Source: Phoronis australis
Lineage: Eukaryota; Animalia; Phoronida
Direction: 5' to 3'
DNA length: 64,000 bases
NCBI GenBank assembly: GCA_002633005.1
Contig: NMRA01000226.1
Location: forward strand, 189,728 to 253,727
Shown: piece after piece, positions 47,697-60,700 of the stretch
How positions within the stretch are numbered: position 1 is the first letter of the stretch
Layout: every line of letters starts with the position of its first letter
The notes under the pieces: model-generated
Database searches by the model: none
The model's input: only the letters and a program-made list of their open reading frames with translations
What the model was told of the DNA's origin: nothing
Translations under genes and position numbers: made by a program

Positions 47697-48191
47697 TTAA
47701 TTCTTGTCTTTCTTGTTTGATTTCTTAGCGACATGCACTTTCTTTGCATGATGTTTCTTCCACACTTTCATAGCTCTCAGCATGTGGCGACCTCTCTTGG
47801 TCTTAGCGAATTTTCCCATAAACCTCTTGATGGCCTTTAGGTCCAAATTGTCATGGAATACCTTCTTCGTCAGACTTCTCGCATCTTCCGGAATCATGCC
47901 TCTGTTTAGGCGTCCCAACAACATTCCTAGATTCATTTCTCGTTGTTTGTGGTGGTGCCCATCCAAGCGTCTGTTGTGGTGGTGACCGGAATGGTCTTCT
48001 TTCTTCACCACCTCGTTCTGAGCGCCGCTTTGGGGTGGTCCTTTTATCATCCGTTTCTTGCCTTCGACTTCGATTTTGTTGTTAGGAGATACCAAAGGCT
48101 GTTCAGCGTTCTGTTTAACGCTGCTGTCACCAGCCGCGATCAACGCCAGCAGAGCTGATAACAAGAAGAAGGTGACGACGGTGGACCTCAT
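47697..48191 (-). CDS. Secreted His/Lys-rich basic protein, 164 aa, unknown family (single coding exon)
   Basis: Intact ORF with a clear signal peptide MRSTVVTFFLLSALLALIAAG; tttcag acceptor just upstream (exon starts 48205); HSGHHH/GHHH motifs, KKR/RR/KR sites, Lys-rich C-terminus. Confidence 0.85.
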   Translation of the reverse strand: MRSTVVTFFLLSALLALIAAGDSSVKQNAEQPLVSPNNKIEVEGKKRMIKGPPQSGAQNEVVKKEDHSGHHHNRRLDGHHHKQREMNLGMLLGRLNRGMIPEDARSLTKKVFHDNLDLKAIKRFMGKFAKTKRGRHMLRAMKVWKKHHAKKVHVAKKSNKKDKN

Positions 48192-48863
48192 AGTACCTAT
48201 AGACTCTGAAATAAATTAAATTTTAATCATTTGAAGTTTACCCTTTGTGAACTCGGTAATGATTATATATTGGAAAATGAAATGAATAGAATGGATGGCA
48301 CCAAGTGTCACGTGACTTTTGACATAATGATAACCGTCGCGCCACCATTCGGGCGACTTAATTCACTGTGAGACAACGATGGCCAATATTTGTGCCCTCG
48401 AGGGGACTGTTCTTAGCCAAATTTAGGTTTCTGAGAAGCAGCTTTGTAACGTGGACCACTGAAAACGTCATCAATTGGTGCGCGGAGCGCAATTTTGTTC
48501 CCAAACCAATTTTGGTGTTGAAAAATGCCAAACTTCATCTCAGACCCATGAACTCAGTAAACAGCGTAAAAACAATTTGCCCGAGCATGATTATCCGAAT
48601 TAGATCGGGTGAAAACAAATTCACCAAGTGAACTCCAAAAAATTTGTTGAGGTCAGGTTGAAGATACGCCAACTTAGACCAACGCGTAAATTAACTCGTA
48701 CCAAATGACAATCTGACGCCATTTTGGACAGTGACGACGCTGGTATCAACACATCAGACACTCATCAGTTTTCGTATAAAAACACCACGTTATTAAGATC
48801 GAGGAACTTCGATAAATCAGGAAGAGGATTGGCATTTTCTTTATAAATTCGAATACTCCCTAC

Positions 48864-49055
48864 CTTTTAAGTCTTCGAGTGTATAAAGGTCTTTATTGTG
48901 CCTTCACGTTGGGACAGCCGTCTGAAGCTCGATAGAGAAAGGTCGTGTATGTGAATCATAAAACGGCAACAGTTGAAAGCTTCTGATCCGTGGAGAGTAT
49001 CACAATATAGGACAATGTCAAAAAGTATCGTAGTAAAGGTTGTATTTATGGTGAT
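48864..49055 (-). promoter_or_regulatory. Candidate 5' non-coding exon and TATA-like element of the secreted-protein gene
   Basis: Minus-strand donor AAG|GTAGGG at 48864/48863 and CATAAATA at about 49044-49051; the pairing with the 48205 acceptor is inferred. Confidence 0.35.
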
Positions 49056-51387
49056 AAATGGATAGACAATGACCTCGTCGGTTTTTTGTCACGTGGTTTT
49101 GACATCCTGAGACGAGACGAGAGCTATATGGCAAGTTGTGTGAATGGTTTAGGTATACGCTTGGGCAATTTTGAAAACTAGCGTTCGAAAAGATCTACAA
49201 CGCGCAATAAGGTAGACGTTTCAGCGCGATTTCTCATCAAAAGCGTTCCGAGAAGACGTTATTTCAGATCGAATAGGTGAACAGATAAAAAGCCACCACA
49301 AAGCATGAAGGATGGACCGCACGTATACAATTGTTGAGAAAGAATGACAGTACCTTAAGGCTATAATACGTTGCACATTCACTGGATAATATTACAAATC
49401 GCACCTTAAAACGGACTAGTGATTCACTCACTCAGACAATGTCATACGAGGTCAGCGATGAACCCGGAGATCATGCCTACCCGTTGCTGCGCTGTGACGT
49501 TAACAATGTTGTGTATCGTCAGATTATGCTAATATTATGTGTCCACCGCGACTCCCAAGGATGGGAAACACGTTCTTTCGAAATCTGTCAGCAGCCAGCA
49601 TAGGCGCGCGTGCTCTCAACACACGGCACTCAAAACGACACAATAAAAGTCACCATTACATGTACCGGTATCCACCATGTCGGTGCGCAACTGAAAATTG
49701 TTAAAGTTGAAAATACAAAAGATTTATTGCGTAAGCCACATTATTACATTTGAAATCAAACGATCACTCCTGAAGAGGTCATATAACATATCACCGATGG
49801 AAAATAAGACATTCAAGCTCATCTGCAGAGTTGCAGAAAATACAACACCAGTTACCCTTGGTATACAGGTGTACCATTATTACTGAACTTCATCTTATTG
49901 GTAGGATCAGTCGGTGCATCATCGTTAGGTGTGCTTGTCGTCCCGAGCATACATTTTAACCTATTTGAACGCGCTGAACCTCAGCCACACTTTTGTTTAT
50001 TTTGCGGACTATATCTCAACTTTTCAGTAAATTGGCTACCTTACTCCAAAAAAGTATGACACGTGCAGCTTTGAAATCGGAAAATGAACATTAAGTTTTT
50101 GTTTTTAATTACTGGTGTGATACTGAGGAACCCACGTTTTGGGAAGGAAGGTCTGTTATAGTGCAGCTAATCGTAGAACAAGGTTCAAGTTTCATCGTTA
50201 ATTCGTGGAAATTAAGAGGCCATGCAATCTTTAATTGGGGGTTTTACCGAAACTTTGGAATTCTAAGTAAAGGTGAAGCGATGTCCATTCTTAAGTCCAC
50301 CTATTCACAACTCGGACTTACGGGCTCCCTTATGTTAACCAGACTATCGGCATCATAATACAATATTAACCATGAACTAAACTATATAATTATATTTACA
50401 ATAAATAATACATATCAAGCAATGCGAATAGGGGCCAATACACCAAATTACTGTATTTGGTATCTTTGACAGTAAAATTTGTGCCTATACACTCTTTCGT
50501 CATAACAACCATTAAATAGATTTGATTTACAGCAGATTTATCAACTTAAATGGTACACGCGCACACAGGTTAGTCGCAGACAATGGGTCACACTGCATTG
50601 CCACCACAAAAGAATAGATTATGGAGATACTCCTCAGGACTACAGTATCCACAAGTACAATTACAGCAATCTGTAACTTTGAACAGCACACCAGTGGGAT
50701 ATAGTATCAAGGAACAGCAGAATTGAAATATAAAATTTCGGACATCGGAATTTTCCAGTCAGCAGGGAAGAAGCATGCAGTAAAAGTGAACTCTGACCTT
50801 TGAACTCACTGTAAGAAATATCCACACACTTTTATACAGGAAACAAAGGTCAAGGTAAATTGGATACAACCACTACCATGAAAAAAGTCTCCAGAGTAAT
50901 ACACTACAGCATAGAAAAGTCATTTAGTCAACTTTCTTAACAAAAATAATTATTGAGACAACTTTACTCCCAGCGCGTTAGCATAGCTTTTATTGTGAAG
51001 TAGGTCTATAAAATGGCAACTTTAGCCAATATTTTTGTCCCAAACTAGAGAACTTTAACACTAGGGTATATCAAAAGCTTCTAGCTTCAAAGCCCGAGTG
51101 GTAACATGTTATATACCTAGCAAATGACATAGCTTGCCAACAAAAAATTGAAGCACAGACATCAGTACTGAGAAAGAAGGTCAAAAAGTTTCACCTGGTT
51201 ACTAAGCAACAGTCTCATCACTGCAGATGAAACTAGTAATAAACTAGTTAAAGAATGTAAATGTAACAAAGAGATTGTAAGCTATTAGAAATAAACAAGA
51301 CCAACCTCTGTAATTGCCCATCTGACATAAATGGCTTTATGCCACTTTTAATTACGAAGTCATGTCATTCATGGCTAATATTTTTAA

Positions 51388-51709
51388 AGTTACATAGGAC
51401 CCTAGAAAAATGTCTAAATTTCACTTCGAACATCACATCTTAGAAATGACTGATCAAATTCATTTGAAAGTTTCGGCTACGCAAGCTTTATACCTCGTTC
51501 TCAAAATTATATTACTGCAATGAACTGTTTTTGAAAGGACCCACTTTTGCATGAGCAGCGATAACAAATATATGAAAATGTTTTCCTATCATTTTGTCTT
51601 TCTTTTTTGCCAAATTTTGCTAAAAAGATGGAAGACTAGCACAAGTCAACAATCAAATGCTTAAGGGTTTCTCCTTCCAGAAATACACACAAACTGGTCC
51701 TACATAACC
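51388..51709. mobile_element. Kolobok-like MITE
   Basis: TTAA|AGTTACATAGGACC ... GGTCCTACATAACC|TTAA; the internal CTAGAAAAATG...TCGAACATCACATCT.AGAAATG block recurs at about 36645 and 55730. Confidence 0.65.
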
Positions 51710-52501
51710 TTAAATGAATTGAAATGAAGCTCTACGTAAGATATCCAATTCAGACAATAGTCTCTTTTGACTTTGAATGCAACATGGCTAAAACCACCTT
51801 AATCAGTAAAAAAAATATGTTCCTTTGAAATACAAGATGATTGATCAGCTCCGTGTGATTTGCTGACATGGTCAAGGGCAGACATGCCGAGACTGCAGAG
51901 CAATCATGGAGGTCACTGTTTCTAGAAAAAGGACTGTGTACACTCTGGAACGATTTTTGAGAGACACCTACATTACAATGCAAAATATCCAGAAAAAAAC
52001 ACATTATTTGTGGGCCAATCTCCATCGGCCCAGCCTTGTTTGAAATTGGGTTAAGCAGAGGCACATTTTGAGTCATGTAACATTCACTAAACCAACGGGT
52101 TGGTTTTTTAAAAAGTCACACTCAAAGTTAAGTTGTCGTTTGTTAGTCTTCTACTGGATCAAACATAGACACGAAATCATAATATTCAAATAATTATGTT
52201 ACAACATTTGACGTAAGTAGATTGCCTAATAGACCTGATGGTCAGCCATTACCATTGATTCGGGAAACAGAATCAGGTCAGGTCGTCAAGTTTTCTCATC
52301 ACAGTGGAATGTGGTACAACAAAGGCCCATCAATGGAATATAATTCTAGACTTCAGTATAACCACACACTACACTGGCTTTAAACTGATTCAAGCCATGT
52401 AGTATCAGTTTACGCACTGCTGGATTGTTGATAGAGAATACAGGGGGCATTGTGTCTGGATGTATCAACATGTGGCGCACTCTGGTGTTGGTGATGGTGG
52501 T

Positions 52502-52565
52502 TCATGACAGTAGAGCCTTGATGTTTTTAGGAGTTGTCTCATCATTCAAATGAATTGTGTTATAC
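52502..52565 (-). CDS. FAM49: CYRI/FAM49 last coding exon
   Basis: ttccag acceptor. (R)YNTIHLNDETTPKNIKALLS*, matching the FAM49 C-terminus YTTKHLNDETTSKQI; TGA at 52504-52502. Confidence 0.95.
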
Positions 52566-52899
52566 CTGGAATCATACGATGCGTTACATCAGCTGTAGCC
52601 AGCAGAGACATGAACATTACAGTACAAGTCAAGTAATCAGACAAAATGACCTGGAATTCCCTCATCATTATGGTTGGGCAAAAGCCTAATTAATTCCTTG
52701 TTAGAATAGTCCTCTCTCATAACCGAGAATAAAGGGAAATTAACAGGAACAGTTAGTAAGGTAGCTAAGCCATTCCGTAATTAGAATTTTGCTGTCATAA
52801 CAATAATTACAGTAAAGGTACTTCAAATTCAAACACAAATGGTGGCCAAATTGTCATTATTTCATTTTTCGTTTTGGAAGGAACAAGTCAAAAACTCAC

Positions 52900-52970
52900 C
52901 TGAGGGCATTCAGTAACCCTTCTACCCTGGCGTTAGGATAGTCCTTCAATACCTTCACCGAACTCTTCAT
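52900..52970 (-). CDS. FAM49: CYRI/FAM49 penultimate coding exon
   Basis: tttgcag acceptor, gtgagt donor. MKSSVKVLKDYPNARVEGLLNAL(R), matching FAM49 MKGCIKVLK...VEGLLNALR; phase 0 to 2. Confidence 0.95.
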
Positions 52971-55900
52971 CTGCAAAGGAGAAAAGGAAATAAGTTGGAG
53001 TAAAATTGGCATTTTGAATTGAACAATATTTTTGAATTCATAAAAAACATGTTGAAATTGCCCACAAAGACACATTCAAAGGATGAGTTATAGAATGTGC
53101 AATCACCAGCAGTTGACCTCTGGTCACCACAGCAGACAGCCCTTACCTTGAGACAGACAGCTGACGTCTACAACTTTTTATCATTCAGTATCAGAAAATA
53201 TGTTTACAATAAATAAGTAATAGATAAGCCCACCAATACATTTCAAGTGAGACAAAACTGTAATTTCTTAATTTTCAAGGATCGAGCAGGGCAGCACCAG
53301 AGCTGAAGGGCAATGGTGAACTCCATCAATTATGAATGTCGTGTCTGCCTCTTTTTAATGCTTAAAATAAATTTCCATGCATTTTCAAAACGACAGCAAT
53401 AAAAAAATACCGAGGCAAAAACAGATTTCTAAGGATTTGGTCAGTTTTTCAGCCATAAAGAAAATACTGCGGGATATCAAGATTTTCCACTCAGTGAACA
53501 CAACATATTATTTTTGTAGAAACCTCTCTGTTCTAATGGAGTAGATTTCAGAAAATGTTGATTTTCTCTCCTTATAATATTTATAATTATATAATTCTCA
53601 TGAACTATAAAAAATTAAAGCGTAATCTTTCATCCAGTCTGCCTGGAGGCAATATTTTGTAACCTTTGGAGAAAATGGTGGACGACTATGAAGGAACCCT
53701 TATAATCTGTCAAGACAGTAAACATTATTCTGACTATACATTTCAAATTAAAGAATACATTTTGCCTTCTTTTATACAAAAAACTGCTAAGGAAAAAGCC
53801 ACCCAAATCAATCAATAAAATAGACACAATAAACACAATTTTCTACTAAAACATTCATCCAGCGCTGAAACTCGTGGGTGGCACCAACAACAAATGGATC
53901 CCTGCTAAACTGAATCGCAAAACTGAGTTATGAATGCCAAACATGGCAACCCCTATAGCTACCATCTGCTGGCCTCACCACTCAGGTAATTAACTTCCAT
54001 TCTCTCATCCAGAACTCATCTCAGGTGTGTGAGTATCAAATAGTGACACAGCAGTTGAGTTCATCAAGGTAAGTTATTATTTTTTTAAATATTTCAATAG
54101 AAATTCATAAAATTTAGTCCATGGTGGGCCGACCTACGGAAAATAAACGTTGATTTTCACATCAGATGAAAAGTCTAAGTCCTTCTGACTACTGTTGCAG
54201 TTGACCTATAAGCTAGTGTTGCACCTATAATGGGGACCAGCATAGACTGAGCCTCGTCGTTCAACATATAACACTGTAGTGACTCTCAGAAAGGACTGAC
54301 TGGCACTGAGGGGCAGAGGTAGGCATAGCCAAGTAAAATTGAAACCTATAGGGCAGGTTGTATTTTTCTTTGGAGTTAAGTTTTGCTTTTGTCGCAACTG
54401 TACACTTGCCAAACTGGAGTCATGTTGGGTGAGTACACAATATTGTGTCTAGCAGTTATACACAGTCATCAATAACTGATGACAAAAGGTATTTCACAAC
54501 AACACCTCCGACGGGTCCGAGTATTTAGCCATATATTCACAAAAAAACTCTAGATTTTAACTCCGTAAAAGTACACATTTTCTAAAAGCTGACAGCTTGC
54601 AGAATTTGGTTTTTTATTTTGTCAATCTGCCTTAAACTGAGTCACGCGAACATGTCTTTTTAGAAAAAATTAGCAAAAAAAGATACAATTGATAGCAAAG
54701 CAACATCATTTATTTCATATAAATGCACAAGATGAGATCTCAAAAAAATGCTGTCACAGTTTTCCAAAATATCATTAATTTTCTTTTCCATTTACTCAAC
54801 TAATAAGATTTTTTCACAAAACTCATGAAAATGACATTTTTCATTGCCGATCATGAAAAAGCGGAACATTTTAAAAACTACTCCTAAAAGCCCTTCGGAG
54901 AACAATGTGTGAAGCACGATATTTGAAAGTTTCATAATCAGAGGTCATTTCTCAGGTACGACCTTCTGAAGTTAGACAAATTCGGACTTTTTCCCAGGGT
55001 TTCCCATAACCTTAACACAAGTTTCCAGTGATGTCATATACTCTTAACCATGATCTGGAGGCCTCAATAATGTATCAGAACATGAGGATATTATTTTTTA
55101 AATTTATGGACGTTCTTTTCAATTCATGTCACTCAGGTTAAAGTAATTACATAGAAAATAGTGAGTGTTCCATCTTAGTTTCCAAGAGAAAGCTATTTGT
55201 GTTAAGAAATCAGTTTCTTGACATACTGTGTATGAACACCATTACCTTACTTTATTAATACTACACGTAATTAATTGTAAAGTCAACGTACACTGTAGAT
55301 AGTACATCTCCCTATCAGCCGAAACACAGTAATCATAAAATATTTTTCAAGTAGCATAGAATGTGTGGTTACTTCTCTTCAACAGAGCACAGTTCACACT
55401 TTCGGCACAGCGTAAATGTTTTGGAAACATGTAAGATCATACAAAAATGACCAAATTTGGCTAACCTGAGAACACCAGTGCTCGTAAGTAGTTGATAAGA
55501 TTCATATGGAGCTCTCACATACAATACTTTACGGACAGTGTCCCCCAAAAATGCTGTTAAAAATCACACTGTTAAATGGTGCACTTTTACATGAATGACT
55601 ATCAAAATAGGATTTTTCAGATTTTCATTGCAAAACGTCAACACGTTGTGCAAAATGAAACCATAAACTTAAGTTTTACAAAACTGTCACTGAGATTTCA
55701 TCTTGGAACATTTAAAGTTAGATGTGAAACCCTAGAAAAGTATAAATTTGGCAAACTTCGGAACATTGTATCTCAGATACGACTAATCAGATTAACATGA
55801 TCATTCACACACCGTGCTTTACAAACTGCTCTCCACAATGTGTTAGGGATTGTTTTTAAAATGATCCATTTTTGCACGAAAATTGAATCAGCATTTCTGA

Positions 55901-57609
55901 AATCTTATCTTGAAAATTATATCAAATAAAATTTATACCATTGTTTTGCTATCCAATGTACCTTTTTTGCTAAACTGTACTAGAAAGATAGAGCCATGTG
56001 ACCAGTGACCCAATCAATAAATTGGTGAGAAGTTAAAAATCAAAGTCCACAATCTTTGTATTTTCAAAAAATCTCCAATCTGAGTTAGGCAAAAGTGAAG
56101 ACCAGATTTCTACCGAAAGTTATTTTTTGACGGAAGGTGAGTTTAAAGTCATACTCTGGTAAGCAGCACTGCTGAATTCTTAGGAAATGGAATTCACGAT
56201 TTCGAATAACATAGCTCCTCAGCAAGGTGTATGGACAACAATGTGGTCATGTGTCAAAACACACAGGCACTTAAAGATGGAGTAAAATTGTGAAAACATT
56301 CAAGATGCCTGCGTAAAAACAAGAATATTATGCGTTTCAAAATGTCCTGCTTTCATATTACACTGATCAGTAGAAAACCCATGAAAACATTCTACATAAA
56401 GTGGTCCCATCAGCTTACATGACGGACAGCCCATTAAAAGAAGTCCCAATGAATCCTGGGACTATTTTCAAGGCTTCAACACTAACGCCTCCCTTTGTTG
56501 ACAGATCAACATGTCACTCAAGACCCTGGGCTTGTGTGTGTTACTGTTATACGCCTCAGTCACACTCATCAATGCTGGACTACTCAAAGATGCCTGCAGC
56601 CACAAGGTATGACTTCACTGGCCCACAAAAGGGGGCGATTGACACAACTCATCATAAGTTGCCTGAATTCACTCCTTGCACGAATTTGGCGTTACGCTTA
56701 AAAATGAGGTGCTGTGTCAAAACTACAATCTGGTTCTCCATGTCACATTTGTGTTGTTAAAATCGACGCTAAAACGAGACATTGTGTCCAACACAACAAT
56801 GCAAAACAATCGCTTTTTGCGGCGCCACCAAAGTGTGCAAGAACTGACTGGGAATTTGTTAGACTTAGATTTGCCGGAGAGGCTGATTAACTAAATGATG
56901 CCACAAGGCACTTGTCAAACATTTCAAACTGTTCCTAAGGCATCATTAGTGAGCACACGTACAACCAAATAATAACAACACAGAAGGTCAATATACAAGC
57001 ATAGAATGAAATTAACTTTTAAAGATTCCATATCAATACAAAACCAGGAGGCTTTTTGAAAACTCGTACTTCGAATTGTTATTTTCAGTGCAAAGAGAAG
57101 ATCAAATGTGTACAAGGACGCTGTAAAGACATAACGTTCATTGTATTCAACTTCTGTACAGCCAAGTGCCTGCCACACTTCGATGTATGCGTCAATCATT
57201 GCTTGGACCGTGCCCACAAAGCCCTGAATAACTAACAAAGACTGATATTGGAATTAGCAGTATGGACTACACTATGGGCTAACAGAGGGCAGGACTGACA
57301 CAATGGATTTTGAACTGCCAATCTGACCCTGATGGAAATACATACTTATTACAGAGGACTGGCAAGAAAATTGAAATATTTCAAATTCACAATGTCATAT
57401 AGTTCATAATCAGTTTATGGTTAACATCAACCCAATTTTCAAGTTGCTGAATTAGGGACATTTAGAAAATATCCATTTTTCTTAAATTTACCTTCAAATT
57501 ACAAGACAACTAGCATTCTACTCTATTTTTTGTTGAAAATGAGGTATCTTTTGTTTTCTGCAATATCAAATAAAACCTGAACCAGGTTCAGTGCGGTTGT
57601 CTGACTCAC

Positions 57610-57736
57610 ATCAATGACAGACGCCTTGTTGAACGCCCCCGTGTGGTGAACGTGGTCGTACAGAATGATCACGCCGACCATGACACGTAGACAGAACATC
57701 TCCGTCTCTTCCTTCTCCATTTTCTTTCTTAACTTC
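57610..57736 (-). CDS. FAM49: CYRI/FAM49 (CYFIP-related Rac1 interactor), third-last coding exon; upstream exons not found in the window
   Basis: tttcacag acceptor, gtgagt donor. [42 protein letters not shown]; [17 protein letters not shown] is the FAM49A/B signature. Confidence 0.95.
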
Positions 57737-60700
57737 CTGTGAAACACACAAACAAGTTCTGTTCACTGACTGAGTTCATTACATTATGAAAATTCTACCA
57801 CTTTAAATCGAACCATCCCACCTTTTGACAATTTACCTCACAACCTGCCACACACACATTTGTATGTGCTTTTCCACACAGTTTACCCTTATGTCCCCAA
57901 TAAATTTCACAATAGGACCACAAAACGCATTTTAAGGTTACATGTACCCCTAATTAAAATCATGTTGCCTTCAAATATCTAAGTAACTAACGACTATCAA
58001 TATATAATTTAAAGTTTATATTTCCAAAACTAGGAATCGAGTCAAAACTATTCATATCATTCACAACACTATGTCATTCTTGTAGTCGCTCCACTGCACA
58101 ATTTTCGTAAAAATAAAACTTTTTGAAATGTACATTCCTTTGATAAGGAATACGTCCATTCATCAGCATTCATCAAATTTTCTGTCTTAAAACTTTGATA
58201 AAAAAAACACTGATTTTAATGGTATTATATGAGATACAGGGCACACACAACCTTTTAAGGTGTTTTTGGTTGCTACGGCGAACATTCGCTTTTCCATTTT
58301 TGAATGTTTGCCTACTATGCATTGCTTGCATTTGGAATTATAGTATGCATCTGCATGCAAAGCTGTGCCAATATCCAGAATTAGGCACATGCACAAATTG
58401 TAAGTAAAACAGCCGAGTAAAATTGAGTAAAACTTCATGAGGCAGCGAGTAGAAACGAGCACGCACCCTTGTACCACTGAACTTGAACTCCAGCCACACA
58501 CTGGCACTCTCCCCACAGGCGATTTCAATGCAAATGACCAATATGCCCTGCCCAATTTGCGTATTTTTCGTCCCTCAAAATAGTCTGTAGTAAGGGTCCC
58601 GGAGTGGGGTTGGAGTTCTGGTTTCGTTTCTAGGGTTATAGTGCATGGTCCGAGTTTCTGCAGTGAGTGACAAGGTGCACACCCGTGGTAAGTTTACTCA
58701 ATTTCCACCCCCTTGTAATTAAACTTGACTTATTCATTAAAAATGTTTGTTGTTAATGTGAGTTTAATTAACAATTAATTTAAATGAAAAGCACAATGAA
58801 TGACCACAATGCATGCAGAAAAGTCTCTATTAAAGACAACACCTGTATGCAAATCACTTGAGCAAAAGATTCCGTTTAAAAAACGCATTATTTTGGTTAT
58901 ATGATCCCAGGCCAAAAATGCTCGCATACGCTTTAACAACAGCTAGGTTGGTCAAACTGATGGAACGACACCTTGCAGTTTCAACTGGAAACTTTGTGAC
59001 TTGTTCCAAATCTGACCCACGATGGCATACTGGCAAAGAAAGTGAGTTGGATCTGTTGTGAACAAGTCGAGTTCCTTGATGAAACTCTCGTGATAAAACA
59101 GTTTCATGGGATGCACTTGAAATTCTGTTAGTTTCCCCTCACCCTACCATCCCTACTCTGAGATGATTTGGTCCGAGGTTCAAGGAATAGATGTCCGATT
59201 CATAGTCCACTTTTCATCACAGAAGGGCCGAGGTACCTTATTGTCATAATATATTAGTTACATTAACCACACAGCATTTTTTTATGAGATATCAAATAAA
59301 ATATTTTGAGTTGTGCATATACGTTATGGTCCGTCGTAAGAAGGGAAACAAATTCCACTTTAAATAAACTCCCTGTCAGCAGTACACCAGTAAAAGTATA
59401 GGCTTTGTGTTTACAAGGATGTCGGTTCCATTCCATGGGTGATGTATGCTATGAACATTCAGTCTTATTTCTTAAGGTTGATAGTTTGCCAGAGATGTCA
59501 ACAGTATTGTTCAGCAATGTGGCTTATAGTGACGTAGTTGTTTGTCAAGCGTATTAATTTTTATACATTGAGAACCACACCGTGACAAGCTGGCATTCCC
59601 TAGACATTTTTACCCACTGAGATAGGTGATCTTAACAAGGGACACACACACACACAGATGATTTAAGAGGCCCGCTGCCCCATTGCAACAGAAATCCCAA
59701 AGCCTAAGAATGGAATACACTTCAAATTATATACACCACCAACAGAACAAACACAAATGACAAATAGATAACAATATGTGATAAGCTATCAGTGCATCAT
59801 TATACCACTCAAAGCTACAAAGTAATTTGATCATACTACCAGCACACTGGCACAACAATCAACCAACTGTCAGCTAACTATGGGTATAAACTTGAAAGCA
59901 TTACTGGTCAAAGGTCATAATTAAAGGTTGTACCAATTTGCTACAAAAGATGCATNTATTCGGCTTGCATTGCCGATGCTCAAAAACCGTTCTCGGCAAG
60001 TGACGGAATCTTTTCAAAACTGCGCTATCTCACTTGAAATATCGGGCTGCGTTGTGAAGAGTCTTCCTGGTGACAAATAAGGGCTTTTCAATGAGTGGGT
60101 CTGTTTTGCGTTGTTGACGCACATGAAACGTTACAGACAACCGATTCTCTGCGTTTTCTCAACAAAAAAATGTCGACTTTGCGCTGTCAACGCATGGTTT
60201 CCCAATAAAAAGTTGGACTTGCGTATTGATTTTGGCTAGATTTTTGTATTTCCCAAGACAGCTACTGAACTCTAGCCTAGTCTGCGACCAGGAGTGCAAG
60301 GGTGAGAATCTCACGAACACGCTAGACTGAAGACGTCAAGACGTATGGTGAGGCATTGCAAACGAAGCACACGATCACACTATCTTCTTTAGCGAGATTC
60401 TTGCATCTGCGATGCTTATCAGAGAGCAACAGACAATTTGTAAGAGTAGTGAAACGTGGTTACGTGCGCCGCGCCCCTTTCTGAGTGCTGGGCCTTGCAC
60501 TATGTTTGATTTTTAACCTGCTTTACTTTGGCTCCGTCTCATTCGGCTGCTGCTGTTCACTATCTACACTACTTTGAACGCGCCATATCCTACGAACAGA
60601 CTTAGCTGTGGCCTATTGTGTATGGGGGCCTAAACAAAAAATATTTCTCATCACGTCAAGAATAAAATCCGGACACCTCGTCGGGAGATTTTAGCCACTA

